Positions 51,517 to 61,499 of a DNA stretch of 64,000 nt are shown one piece after another (the first letter of the stretch is position 1; every line of letters starts with the position of its first letter). The translations under genes and the position numbers were made by a program. Location: the NCBI GenBank assembly GCA_965655095.1, contig OZ296649.1, forward strand, positions 128,960,001-129,024,000, read 5' to 3'. Origin of the DNA: Haplodiscus bocki (Eukaryota). The notes beneath the pieces were generated by a model, which had not been told where the DNA came from, ran no database searches, and saw only the letters and a list, made by a program, of their open reading frames with translations.

Positions 51517-54500
51517 TTAGAGTTTATAACCGTGGCGTGTTTCAGTGCGTAGCAATGATTCAGCGTCAGGATGATCTGGCTGAGATCGATTGTATTTGGG
51601 TTCTTTGTTTTGATACTTCCGGGTATTATGGCGAATCAATCGCTCAATAGAATTGAGTGGCTGACTAGGCGGTATAGGAGAAGTTATTAACTGTGATGTA
51701 GAAGGGTTATTTATGGGTGTCCGAGGTGAATGACTGAGTGGCTGAGGCGGTATTGTAGGAGAAAGAGTTGGAGGTGAGTTAACACCAGAATCATCACTCG
51801 TATTACTGATTCTTTTTGGTGGGAGAACAGTTGGTGTTGAAGATAAAGGCACTATAGGGAAAGGAATTGAATCGCCTTTAGTGGTTTCTTTTGGGTTTTT
51901 CAACTGTTGTACCCGTCGTTCCATGAATCGTTCGTAGAAGTTATCTCTATGTGCATCTGAAGGGACATACTCCTCAATCATTGGAGGCAAAGATTCTTCT
52001 TTAGGATAGTACTCGACTAAATGGTTTCGATGGACTGTTTTGAGCATTGTAGGGTCTTTGTCGTCTTGGATCTGGTAAGTGGTGTTTGTAATCCGTTTTG
52101 TCACTGTGAAAGTTCCTAATCTGCGTTGTTGAAGTTTCTGACTTTTGGATAAATCCTGTCGATGATTTTCATACAAGACCTTCTGGCCCATGTCAAGGTG
52201 ATGTCCTAGTTTGGATCTGTTGCGATAGGCATGTGATTGTGCTGTCTGCTCACGGCGTCTCTCAAAGGTGGCAGAATAGATCCGTTTACAGTCTCGTTCT
52301 CGTTCCAAAAAGGTTTGAGAAAGCTGTGGTTTCAGAAGGTTATCTAGTAGTTGATTCTTCAAATTGTTTTCGCTATGCGAGTGTGAAGGTAGGTCCTTGC
52401 AAAACTCCGAACAACAGAGTTTATGTTTATTCCTGCAGAGACCAAGTTTTATTGACATTGGTATCTGTGGCTTTGTTCCAAAGACTATTTCGTAGGGGGT
52501 CTTTCCAGTGGTGTAGTTCACACTGGTGTTATGAGCAAAGGCAAATTTGGGTGCTAAGGAAGACCAATTAGTCCCAACATCATTCAAAAAATTTCGCCAA
52601 TACCGAGCGATGTGTTGGTTTTGCGTTTCTACTTTGCCATTTGTCCATGCTGTTCGTGGGCGTAAAGTGATTCCAAGTTCTTTTGCCCAGTTGATAAAAT
52701 CAGAGTTGATGAAGGCGGTGCCTCGATCGTGTATGATAGATTGAGGGATCCCAATGGAATGTATCCATTTTTCAACGGCGGCAATTGTGGCTTGAGCGCT
52801 GGTGTTGGTAACTGGATACACCATTAAGAAACGAGAGAAAGCATCAATCACTAGTAGGCAATGAAGATTGCGGTTGCTTGGCGGATGGAGTGGTCCCTTA
52901 TGATCGATGTGCACCGTACGGAAAGGTATGGCATCATTCTGCCATTCCTCTAAAGGAACTTCGTTCCTGTGTTTTGGTTTGGGTTTATTATTCTGACAAA
53001 TGATACAATCTGCCGTTAGAGCACAAATCCAATCGAACATCCCAGGCCAATAATAGAATCTTTTAGCATTGGCGTAGGTCTTAGAAGCTCCCATATGTCC
53101 ACCCATTTCATTGTAATGTCCTAGGCGAAAACAAGCGAGAAATAGTGATAGGGGAAGGCAAATTCTAAGATTCTCTTCGTCCAATTTGTCCGATGGTTCG
53201 TTATAACAAAGTAATTGTCCTTCAGTCTCAATGAGAAGCCTATCGAGTTCTTGACAATATCGTAAAAAGCCCTTCGATTGCTGAATTTTAGGTGATTTAG
53301 CATCAGGAGAGATTTGTTTGCGGACCCAAGAGCGTACAATTCCAAGGACAGGATCCTTGATTTGTTCGGCTAGAATAGTAGAGACGTCAAGATCTACACT
53401 TTTAGCAACTTCGTCAAGTTTTGCTATCAGAGCTTTTGTGTCCAAGTGAGGAGCTTCGGTAATAGTGAGTGGCTTTTTCGCTAATGAAGCGTCGATTTTA
53501 CCTAACACAGAATCGTGAGCTGTTTTTGCTTTACACAACCGATAGTGATCGACATTAGTGTCTACTCTGAAAATGTGGTCGTCTTCGTCCTCTTCCTTGT
53601 TATCTTCTATTTGATCAGTTGGTAAGGTAACTACGTTCGAAGCTCTGCATTCTTCTTCTTCAGTGTTTGAGGAGCTGATAGAGCTGTAAATTGAGTCAGA
53701 GTTTTCACGTAAAATTGGTGAATAGGATAGGGGGTAGCACAAGCGGCGGGATAGGTTAATAGTCTTGCCCATACGAAAACAGTCTGCAGCAGATTGGGCT
53801 AACAGAGTCGGGAATTCGTTGCTGATACTATTCAGTGTATAGTTCTCTCCGTCATTTTGCAATCTAAGGATCTTCTCATCATTTCCTTGTTGCCGATGTA
53901 TTGGGTAGAAGTCAATACAAGTGTCGTGTGGATTGTCCTCGTGTTGAATTTTGTAAATTACTGGGTTACCATGTTCGTCAAAAAACTCAATATCCTGGGG
54001 TATCTTTTTATGTTGTAATTGATGTTTTTGGTATCCTTCTAGGGTTACATTCCTGCTGAGAATATCAGGGAAAGCAAGGTTTGATCCGGGGGTCCAAATA
54101 ATTTTCAAATTCTGAAATTTTGTGATGATAACTTGATAGCGGAAAAATCGATGGGAAAGTTGTCCTTTGCGCCCCCATAAGTGCAGAATTGGTTTGTGGT
54201 CACAATAAAGATAGATCGGGAACGGAGAGCCAATAATGTAGTGTTCATAGGTTTGTAATGCAGAGACAATTCCACAAAGCTCTCTGTGAAGTGTGGACAT
54301 CTTTTGTTCAGCTTTATCGAAGACTCGAGAGTTAAAAGATATAACACGCTTTCCTTCCGGGAACTGCTGGATTAAAATACAGCCAGTACCAACATTAGAG
54401 CAGTCAACATGAATATGGAAAGGGTAATCCGCGGAAGGAACAGCAAGTATAGTGTCTTCACTGATTCTGTCTTTGATTGACTGAAAAAGTTTTTCGTGTT

Positions 54501-57056
54501 CATCTGTCCAGTGGAAGGATGTTGAGTCTTTAATCAAATCATAGAAGGGTTGACTGTCTACATGGAGATTTTTTATATAGCAACTGTAAAACCCGAGGCA
54601 ACCCAATACTTTCATCACATCAAGTTTGCATTCGGGAGATTTTAAGTTCTTTAAGTCTTTTACTCGTTTTGCAATCGGTTGTATTCCTTCTGGAGAAATG
54701 ACATGTCCAAGGAATTTCACTTTCTTTAAGAAGAAAAATGTCTTATCGGGAGCAGCCTTGAGACCAGCCTTGCGGAGGAGAGTATGGTATTCATTTATAA
54801 TAGTGAACATCTCGTTTTTATTTTGTGATTGCATGATCGTATCATCGATGTACGTTATGGCTTGTTTGTTCTTGATGAGAGGATCAAAATGAATTGTCAT
54901 CAGTCGGCTAAAGAAATTCGGGAGTCCGCATAGACCATAGAACCCTCGTGTGTATGTATATTGTCGTCCACCAAGGATAAAACTTGTAAGATTCTGGGTT
55001 TCGGGGCTCAAAGGCACTTGATGGTAGGCGCAAGACAGATCGCTCACAGAGAAGACTTTACCATTTACTCTCGTCATAATCATTTGTACGGGTTCCAGTG
55101 GCCAAGAATAGTTGGTGAGATCAGTTACTGAGTTGAGGTTCCGGGCATCGATGACGAGTTTAACGTAATCAGTTTTAGGCATCAAGATGATGGGGTTAAC
55201 AAAAAGTGATCCCATTTCGTCGTCGTCACCCATTTCTCGGATGATGTCTGCATCTTTAATTTGTGTTAAGAGTTTTTCCAGCTTTTCTTTCAAGTGTAAA
55301 GGTACTTTGCTGGGTCTTTGTCTCTTTAATTCTGCCTTGGGCTTCAGCGTTACATGGAACTTTTGACGTGTCTTGCCCACATCAAACTTGTGTCGAGAAT
55401 ATACGTCTTGTGAATCAAGTAGCATATCAATGAGGAGAGTCATTTCTTCATCAGTGACGTCAGAATACTGGAAATCGAATTCCTTGATATAATCCACAAG
55501 TTCTTTTGGTTGATATTGCAAGTAATGTTCAATAAGTCTGTTAGTGAGGTCTTTTCGCGTAATATAGGAAACTGTTCGTCACATGGAGGCTGACAAGATT
55601 TCGAATCTTTAGTGAAATCCGTCTCTAAATCTTTTTCATCGAGATAAAATTCTTCACTATATCGTTCTATTTCATCCTCTGCATAGAACTCAGGATCGCC
55701 TTCCGATGACATTGCATGAACACCGTGACTTTCCAGGGTGTATACCACAACATGGATGTCGGAATAAGCAAAAACATCACGCAATAGTTTCACCACCTCC
55801 TGCCAGTTCATTTGATCCAATCCGCAACCTATTTTCGGGATAGCGATTGTGGACACTCCGTGCATTGCTGCGTGAGACTTCATTGCCTCGAGAGTTGTAA
55901 AGAGAGTAGACATTTCCGGTTTGTCAAAAAACCGTTGTTTCGTCACGAGATTGTAAATATAGCGTCTGCTAGTAGAATCCCAAAAAGGGAACACTTGTCC
56001 GATCAAGAGTTTTGCTTTTTTACAGGTTGAACGAAGGCCAGGAATTTTATGGGAAAGGAAATCAGCGAATCCTTTACTCATTTTAGCATCAGCTGAGATG
56101 CAATGCCCGATTGAATTGGGTTGTTGAATAATCGAATTGTCATTTCCATACACAATCTGTAGGAACTCGTCGCCAGACTGTGCAGGGATTGTAGAATGCA
56201 AAAGGAAACAGTCGTTATAGCGTTCGTCTGTTGCAATGATGGCATTGGTTAAATCATAGGGACTCCGGATCTGATTTTTAGGTTCTTCTCGGTCCATTAC
56301 ATCGAGTGAAGAGAATCCAATTCTTCCTCTAGGAAGCGTGATTTGGTGGTTTTTGTTGTTTTCCATTAAGATAGGAAGATTTTTTTCAGATCGGGTACAT
56401 AACGTATTAACAAAGGATAAGCCAGTTGATACCGCCTGACGATTAGGTTGGAAAGTAGAGCCTGGTGGAAAATGGATTTGAGAGTCTTCGGGTGAATATT
56501 TGCAACAGCGGGCACTTTTGGCATCAATATACATTGTATAAGGTAGTCGAATGGTCAAGATCTGGGATAAGTGGGGATAGACTTTATTTTGATGAAAGCA
56601 ACCATAACAAAGTGAATTTGGAGGATTTTTTAGCTCTATTCCGGGCAGATCAAAATGGATTCCAGATACTTGTTTTTGGCAAAAGTCCATTCCAAGGAGG
56701 TTTTGCGTTTTCATTTCGGTTACCCAAACTGTTAAAGGAAACACGAACTGTCCATCTGGGTCGTAGCAGAAGGTTATACTTGCATAGCCAACCATAGGAA
56801 CTGTCTGTCCCGAATAAGTTTTAGTAAGTTTTGTACTTTTTTGTAATGTGATTGGGTGTTGCAGTTGGCAGATTTCCCAAAAAGTTCGATAAATGAATAT
56901 TGAGCAAGAGGCTCCTGTGTCTAACATAAACTCGATTTCCAAGCCACTATCTTTTTGCGTGTCTCCGGTGGCAAAGTAAAAGATATTGAAACTGAGTCTT
57001 AAGTTCCTAGATTTGTCTGAATTGGAATTCGGAGACCTTAGCAGTTTAACGGACAA
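51517..57056 (-). CDS. pol: Pol polyprotein: aspartic protease - macrodomain - RT - RNase H - integrase; one frameshift near 55553
   Basis: LDTGAS (protease), YIDD (RT), HVDCS/ELCG/CDHK (RNase H), HX6H..CX2C and IDHKGP..HDRG..KVE (integrase). ORFs 55440-57056 and 51517-55521 overlap in different frames around an A-run (GAAAAG). Confidence 0.93.
55735..56165 (-). other. TARG1/OARD1 (Poa1p-like) macrodomain within Pol
   Basis: SIGHCISADAKMSKGFA...RYIYNLVTKQRFFDKP...LEAMKSH...IAIPKIGCGLDQMNW...VVVYTL closely follows the OARD1 motif series. Confidence 0.9.
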
Positions 57057-58414
57057 AGTTCTGATAGTTCATTAATGCAATCATCAGTGGTGGTGAAACG
57101 AACCACGTTCGTTGATGTTTGATTGTTACTTTGCGGAAATTTCTGTTCGTAAGAAGAGGAACTAGTGATTGGGTTAGCATCTGATCTTCTAAATGGCGAA
57201 TTTCTAGGCTGAAAAGGCTGAGGTCGACGGAAAAAATTACCTTGAGAAAAGTCCCGTCTTTGTCCAGAGGGTGAACGAGAAAAATTTTCATTATTTCGCC
57301 AAGTTCCACTTTGACTATTGAAATTCCCATTATTCGATCGATTTCCATTGTTCCTATTAGGGAATTGGTCTGATCGCCGGTCCAATAATCTTCCACGGTT
57401 CTGGTTCTCCTGCCCATAATAGGAATTAGGTCGGTAAGAAGAGTTTTGATTGTTATTCCATTGTCCGGATCCATGGCTTGGTCCTCTTTTCTTATTATAA
57501 TCTTGGGTAAATGTAACTCTTTTTTCTGCAGTTCTTTCATTTTCGGTCTTTTTCAACTCTTCGTCTCGTATTTTCTTCCTGCACCAGCTGGGAGTGTGTC
57601 CATTCGTGCGGCAGTAATTACAAAATCGAGTAGCGTTTTGTCGTCCCTTTTGGTTTGGGTCCACGGGTTTGGAAGTGCCTTCCACAGCATTAACTCGATG
57701 TTCTTGCAGTTCAGTCCTTAGGTTTTTCATCTCTTGGCCCAATGAGGCCAGTTCGGCTTTAGTTTGTTCTTCATCATTTAAAAAATTCGAAGATACTTGA
57801 AAGGACACATCTTTTTGAATTATATGGGTTGAAAATTCATTCCAGGTGGCATTTTGGTGCTCCATTAGGTATTCTTGCGCTTTACGTTGAAGATATCCAG
57901 GTCTAAGTCCTCTCAGACTATAGTCCATGTATTGCTGTCTTCGTTGCCGGGCTTGGGCATCCCGTTCTGCATTTTGTTGAGCGCGGGCGATTCCGTTCAT
58001 ATCATCAGGCCAACCTTTGTCTACTGTCTTTTTGATTCTGTGAAGGAAATTACGAATTTCTTCTCCGTCTCTTCGAACACAGTGCTCTACTTCCAGTCGG
58101 TGGCGAAATTTGTTTCGTCCATCAGAGAATCGACTAATAAAGTTAGTTCGAATATCTTCCCATGGCGTAGCAGCTTCGATGGTGCTTCCATACCATTCGG
58201 CAGCGGGGCCTCTGAGTAGAGAGGAAAAAAGAGCTTTTTTGCGGAAATTGTAGTTGGCAAGGGCATCAGGGTTGGCAGGGGCATCTCCGAGAGCAAAGTT
58301 AATCTTTCGCTCTATGAGTTGTATGAAGGATTCAGCGTCTTGATCGGGGTCAGTTCCGGAAAATTTGTCTAGGGCTAGATCAGGGTAGGCTAGATGAGTT
58401 GCAGCGATAATCTT
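57038..58414 (-). CDS. gag: Gag (capsid + CCHC zinc knuckle); no ATG at the expected start
   Basis: The frame is open 138 codons upstream of the tracked ATG (KIIAATHLAYPDLALDKFSGTDPDQDAESFI...LRGPAAEWY...WEDIRTNFISRF), a typical retrotransposon gag N-terminus. Zinc knuckle CNYCRTNGHTPSWC. Confidence 0.9.
   Translation of the reverse strand, partial: KIIAATHLAYPDLALDKFSGTDPDQDAESFIQLIERKINFALGDAPANPDALANYNFRKKALFSSLLRGPAAEWYGSTIEAATPWEDIRTNFISRFSDGRNKFRHRLEVEHCVRRDGEEIRNFLHRIKKTVDKGWPDDMNGIARAQQNAERDAQARQRRQQYMDYSLRGLRPGYLQRKAQEYLMEHQNATWNEFSTHIIQKDVSFQVSSNFLNDEEQTKAELASLGQEMKNLRTELQEHRVNAVEGTSKPVDPNQKGRQNATRFCNYCRTNGHTPSWCRKKIRDEELKKTENERTAEKRVTFTQDYNKKRGPSHGSGQWNNNQNSSYRPNSYYGQENQNRGRLLDRRSDQFPNRNNGNRSNNGNFNSQSGTWRNNENFSRSPSGQRRDFSQGNFFRRPQPFQPRNSPFRRSDANPITSSSSYEQKFPQSNNQTSTNVVRFTTTDDCINELSELCPLNC
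57044..57050 (-). promoter_or_regulatory. Putative -1 ribosomal frameshift site G_UUA_AAC (gag-pol)
   Basis: CCG TTA AAC TGC TAA at the gag end; the -1 frame is the protease ORF. Downstream gtct...gaatt/aattc...agac can form a stem. Confidence 0.7.
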
Positions 58415-58765
58415 TTACTCAAACTTGAGATACAGATATTCTATCAATTCTTCCAAAATTCCAAGTTGAAAAGAATTTAAGTGGGGCTCAGGAAAATCTT
58501 CGTATTGATTAAGTGCGTCAGATAACGATTTAAGCAAGGGGTGATGGTCGTCTAGGTCTATCTGTTTCGAGAGATCTGAATTTCCTTCTGGATGTACTGT
58601 GACACGAATCCAGAAATCGTAATTGAATGTCCACTTCAAACAAGTGATTATCACCGTCAGGGTTTCGTCTTTGGATGATATGATCCAGGGGCAATTTAGT
58701 GGAACTTGTTTGCACTCGATTTCTGGTATTTTGTCCAATGGGGAATTGTCCAGTTTTTGTGGCAT
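58415..58765 (-). CDS. Leader ORF u6, 116-aa accessory protein of unknown function (paralog of ORF C)
   Basis: ORF track entry. Shares VxLxCxW...ITx[LI]xW...[IV]R[VI] and a C-terminal amphipathic helix with 49060-49443. In frame with gag across one TAA. Confidence 0.7.
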   Translation of the reverse strand: MPQKLDNSPLDKIPEIECKQVPLNCPWIISSKDETLTVIITCLKWTFNYDFWIRVTVHPEGNSDLSKQIDLDDHHPLLKSLSDALNQYEDFPEPHLNSFQLGILEELIEYLYLKFE

Positions 58766-58897
58766 CTAATTATTATTAGTCGATTCTCGTAAAATCTGAA
58801 CCAATTTAATGATAGCCAGTAAATAGTTTGGCGCCAAAAGTAGCAATAACGTAGCGAGAAGGAGGAAGTATAAGCTGAGTATATCGTCTTGTCTCAT
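58766..58897 (-). CDS. Leader ORF u5, 43-aa predicted membrane peptide (paralog of u2)
   Basis: MRQDDILSLYFLLLATLLLLLAPNYLLAIIKLVQILRESTNNN*. Stop TAG is immediately followed by the u6 ATG. Confidence 0.7.
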   Translation of the reverse strand: MRQDDILSLYFLLLATLLLLLAPNYLLAIIKLVQILRESTNNN

Positions 58898-58907
58898 CAA
58901 GATGAAG

Positions 58908-59072
58908 TTACGAAAACTGAATGGGTGGCAAAGTTTTAGGCAAGTTGAGGATGAACTGAAAAATAACGATTAAGTTCTGAAGGATGTACAATAGAACAAT
59001 GAGCTTCCGTGTTGGAGAGTACTCGTTCCAGTTCTCGACAAGATCGGGAAATATAATCAGAAAAAATAGCAT
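58908..59072 (-). CDS. Leader ORF u4, 54-aa hydrophobic peptide
   Basis: MLFFLIIFPDLVENWNEYSPTRKLIVLLYILQNLIVIFQFILNLPKTLPPIQFS*. ATG directly follows the u3 TAG. Confidence 0.6.
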   Translation of the reverse strand: MLFFLIIFPDLVENWNEYSPTRKLIVLLYILQNLIVIFQFILNLPKTLPPIQFS

Positions 59073-59207
59073 CTAGACGTCAAAGATCCTTCGACGATAA
59101 TAGGTGTGGAGAAGAGCGGGGCAACTAATGCACAGAAATGAGCCCAATTGTTGAAAAAGGAGAATGAGGGATGTCACAAAAACGATGAATATTAAGAAGA
59201 TCAGCAT
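59073..59207 (-). CDS. Leader ORF u3, 44-aa predicted membrane peptide
   Basis: MLIFLIFIVFVTSLILLFQQLGSFLCISCPALLHTYYRRRIFDV*. Flanked by TGA-ATG and TAG-ATG junctions. Confidence 0.65.
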   Translation of the reverse strand: MLIFLIFIVFVTSLILLFQQLGSFLCISCPALLHTYYRRRIFDV

Positions 59208-59339
59208 TCAGCTTTCCAATGTGTTATTGAAGACGATTCTGTGTAGTTCGATAACTGCCAAGAGGTAAGGAGGTATCAGGAAGAGAGTTATCACTGCTGT
59301 GATAAAGAAATAAAGCGTTATAATGAGTTCGTCTTTCAT
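59208..59339 (-). CDS. Leader ORF u2, 43-aa predicted membrane peptide (paralog of u5)
   Basis: Hand translation MKDELIITLYFFITAVITLFLIPPYLLAVIELHRIVFNNTLES*. Stop TGA is immediately followed by the u3 ATG. Confidence 0.7.
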   Translation of the reverse strand: MKDELIITLYFFITAVITLFLIPPYLLAVIELHRIVFNNTLES

Positions 59340-59536
59340 TCCGCAATTAATTCAACAACCAAGTTTTCACCAGTTGGGATTCTGCCTCGTCTTTTAGAGA
59401 TGAGTGTCAAAATCAAGCGAAGGAGGAATCCAATAGATATGCAATCTTTCAAAATTATCAGGCTGACTAAAAAGAAGAACAGAAGAAATGGAAAAATGTG
59501 GATCACTTTAGCAATAGCGTCAGATAATTTTTTCAT
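59336..59536 (-). CDS. Leader ORF u1, 66 aa, hydrophobic (uncertain)
   Basis: MKKLSDAIAKVIHIFPFLLFFFLVSLIILKD...ELIAE*. Its TGA overlaps the u2 ATG (ATGA). Part of the hydrophobic stretch coincides with a polypyrimidine/AG tract, so it may be spurious. Confidence 0.4.
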   Translation of the reverse strand: MKKLSDAIAKVIHIFPFLLFFFLVSLIILKDCISIGFLLRLILTLISKRRGRIPTGENLVVELIAE

Positions 59537-59596
59537 ATAAATATAGCTCCAACTAATATGCACCGTATAATCAAAAAAATTGCTCACACTTTGTGC

Positions 59597-59612
59597 CTCA
59601 CTGGTCGCACCA
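59597..59612 (-). promoter_or_regulatory. tRNA primer-binding site (TGGTGCGACCAGTGAG), possibly tRNA-Leu
   Basis: Starts with TGG 3 nt after the 5' LTR end, complementary to a tRNA 3' end ...CUCACUGGUCGCA-CCA. The isoacceptor identity is a guess. Confidence 0.75.
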
Positions 59613-61499
59613 GTTTGTCGCGGGTGTACTAAGTTATTGATTGTTTGCTATTGTTCTCGCTAGCTAATATTGCTGAGCGGCGTGTGCGGCCATATGTCTG
59701 CGTTATCGTGTAAGAAAGTCTCAAAAGCTTACACTGTTATTAGCTTTGTAAATTTGCCTTGCTAAACCGCGCGAACAAATTTGCGTAAGTTCTACTAGCA
59801 AGGACTTGGTGAGCAAAGAAAGAGTATGAAATAAGAGATGAATTATTTGGTGAATATACGGAAATGGCAGTCAACTTGTACAAAGTAAATATGTACAAGA
59901 TAAGATGAAATTTCCGATGGGTGAGAATATTAGGGGTGAAATTTGAGAAATCCAAATTAATAACTTTCAGTAGCCACCTTCTAAATTTTATAAAGCAACT
60001 TCTACAAATTCACAACCATTATAATATCAATTTTAACTGTAATATATCAATTTTGTATCACACGACTGTAATATAGAATAAGCAATTTTACCCGCGAAAT
60101 CCAAAGAATTATTCTTCTATCCACTGTATATTTATTCCCTTGTATAATATTCGAAGATATCAAGAAATTTCCAACACAAAGATATCAACCAGAAAGTATC
60201 CAAAATTTTACAATATCCAAAATATTCGAAGAAAGAATTTATAATAGATTCGAAGTTTATCGCATGATAAATTCGAAGATAATAAATTCGAAGTTTAAGG
60301 CATCGCAGTTTTAATAAAGCATAATAAGTCAGATTTAACAATAAGTTTAGCTGAAATTTTTATTATTCAAATAAATGGAGTAAAACAGCAATTGACAATA
60401 TTAAACTTACAAATCTTCCCAAAAATTATTGGAAATGTTTATCTTGAATAAGTTGAGGTAAGTTTTGGCAGTGCTTTTTATTTTTGGAGCTAGGACGAAT
60501 GGTAACATTCGTTGTTTCTAGCTTGGCCTTTTTGCCCTTTTTGTTTTGTGTAGTTTTACGCTTATGTTGTATGTAAGTTTTAGCTAAGACTTCGGTAACA
60601 TGCCATAAAGCAGTCAACCGAGTCAATTTTCTTAAGTTCCTCCTTTAGTCAAGTGTTGTCCACTGACGAGGCGCTTTCAAGTATTTCGCTTTTAGTTAGT
60701 AAGTTGTCTGTTTTAGCTTTTTGTCTACGACTATGGTAACGGGCATAGAGCAGTTAACCAAGTCAGGTTTCTTATGGTCCTCTTTTGGTCAAGTGTTAAT
60801 CCACTGACGAGGCGCTTTCATGTATTTTCACTTTTAGTCTAACGACTCAGTACTTGTTTAACATAGTAACTGGCCGAGAAATCTTAATCCCCTTTTCGTC
60901 CATACCGTGACATAGTCCTCGGATTTTGTTGGAGGGGTTTGAATTGTTTTAGCCTTTTAGATTTTATCTAAGACTCAGTGTTACTCGTGTCTACGGTTAC
61001 TGAGCTGTTTTCTCTTATGTTCCCTTGTCTCAAACGCGGTAGTTTACTCGCGTAATTGTTGAGTGGGTTTATCTTTTACTTTTGCAATTTTCGAATAACC
61101 AGTAGTTTATTAACTGACTGGGTTTGGAGTGCAAAAATCTTCTAAGAATTTCTAGAGAGATTTACTCTGCTAGTAGATGAAACTAGAAACTCACGAATAC
61201 CATCGTTGAAGTTGAGAAAGGGTGTTGATGTTCGGGTTCTCCAGGTCTTTGGTGGCTGTTCGAGTCTGTTAGAAGTTGCTCGCTAAGAAGCGGTAGGAAG
61301 TTAGAAGTTGAAGAGGAAGTCGAGAAGAGTTCCGCCTCGCGGATTTAAGCAGGTGAATTGTGGCAAGCGAATGAATACTATGGAAGTGCGCAGGGTATCT
61401 ATACCCGGATGATTACGTGCCCTTTCAATTTTGGGCGAGAGCCAATAGGATCATTCGACGAGCGAATCGAAAGCAGGTAAGTTGGCTCTGTATAATAGA

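Noticed and set aside
56300-56580. Possible dUTPase-like segment after the protease (LPILMENNKNHQITLPRGRIG)
   Set aside because: Only a faint resemblance; conserved dUTPase motifs are not recognisable.
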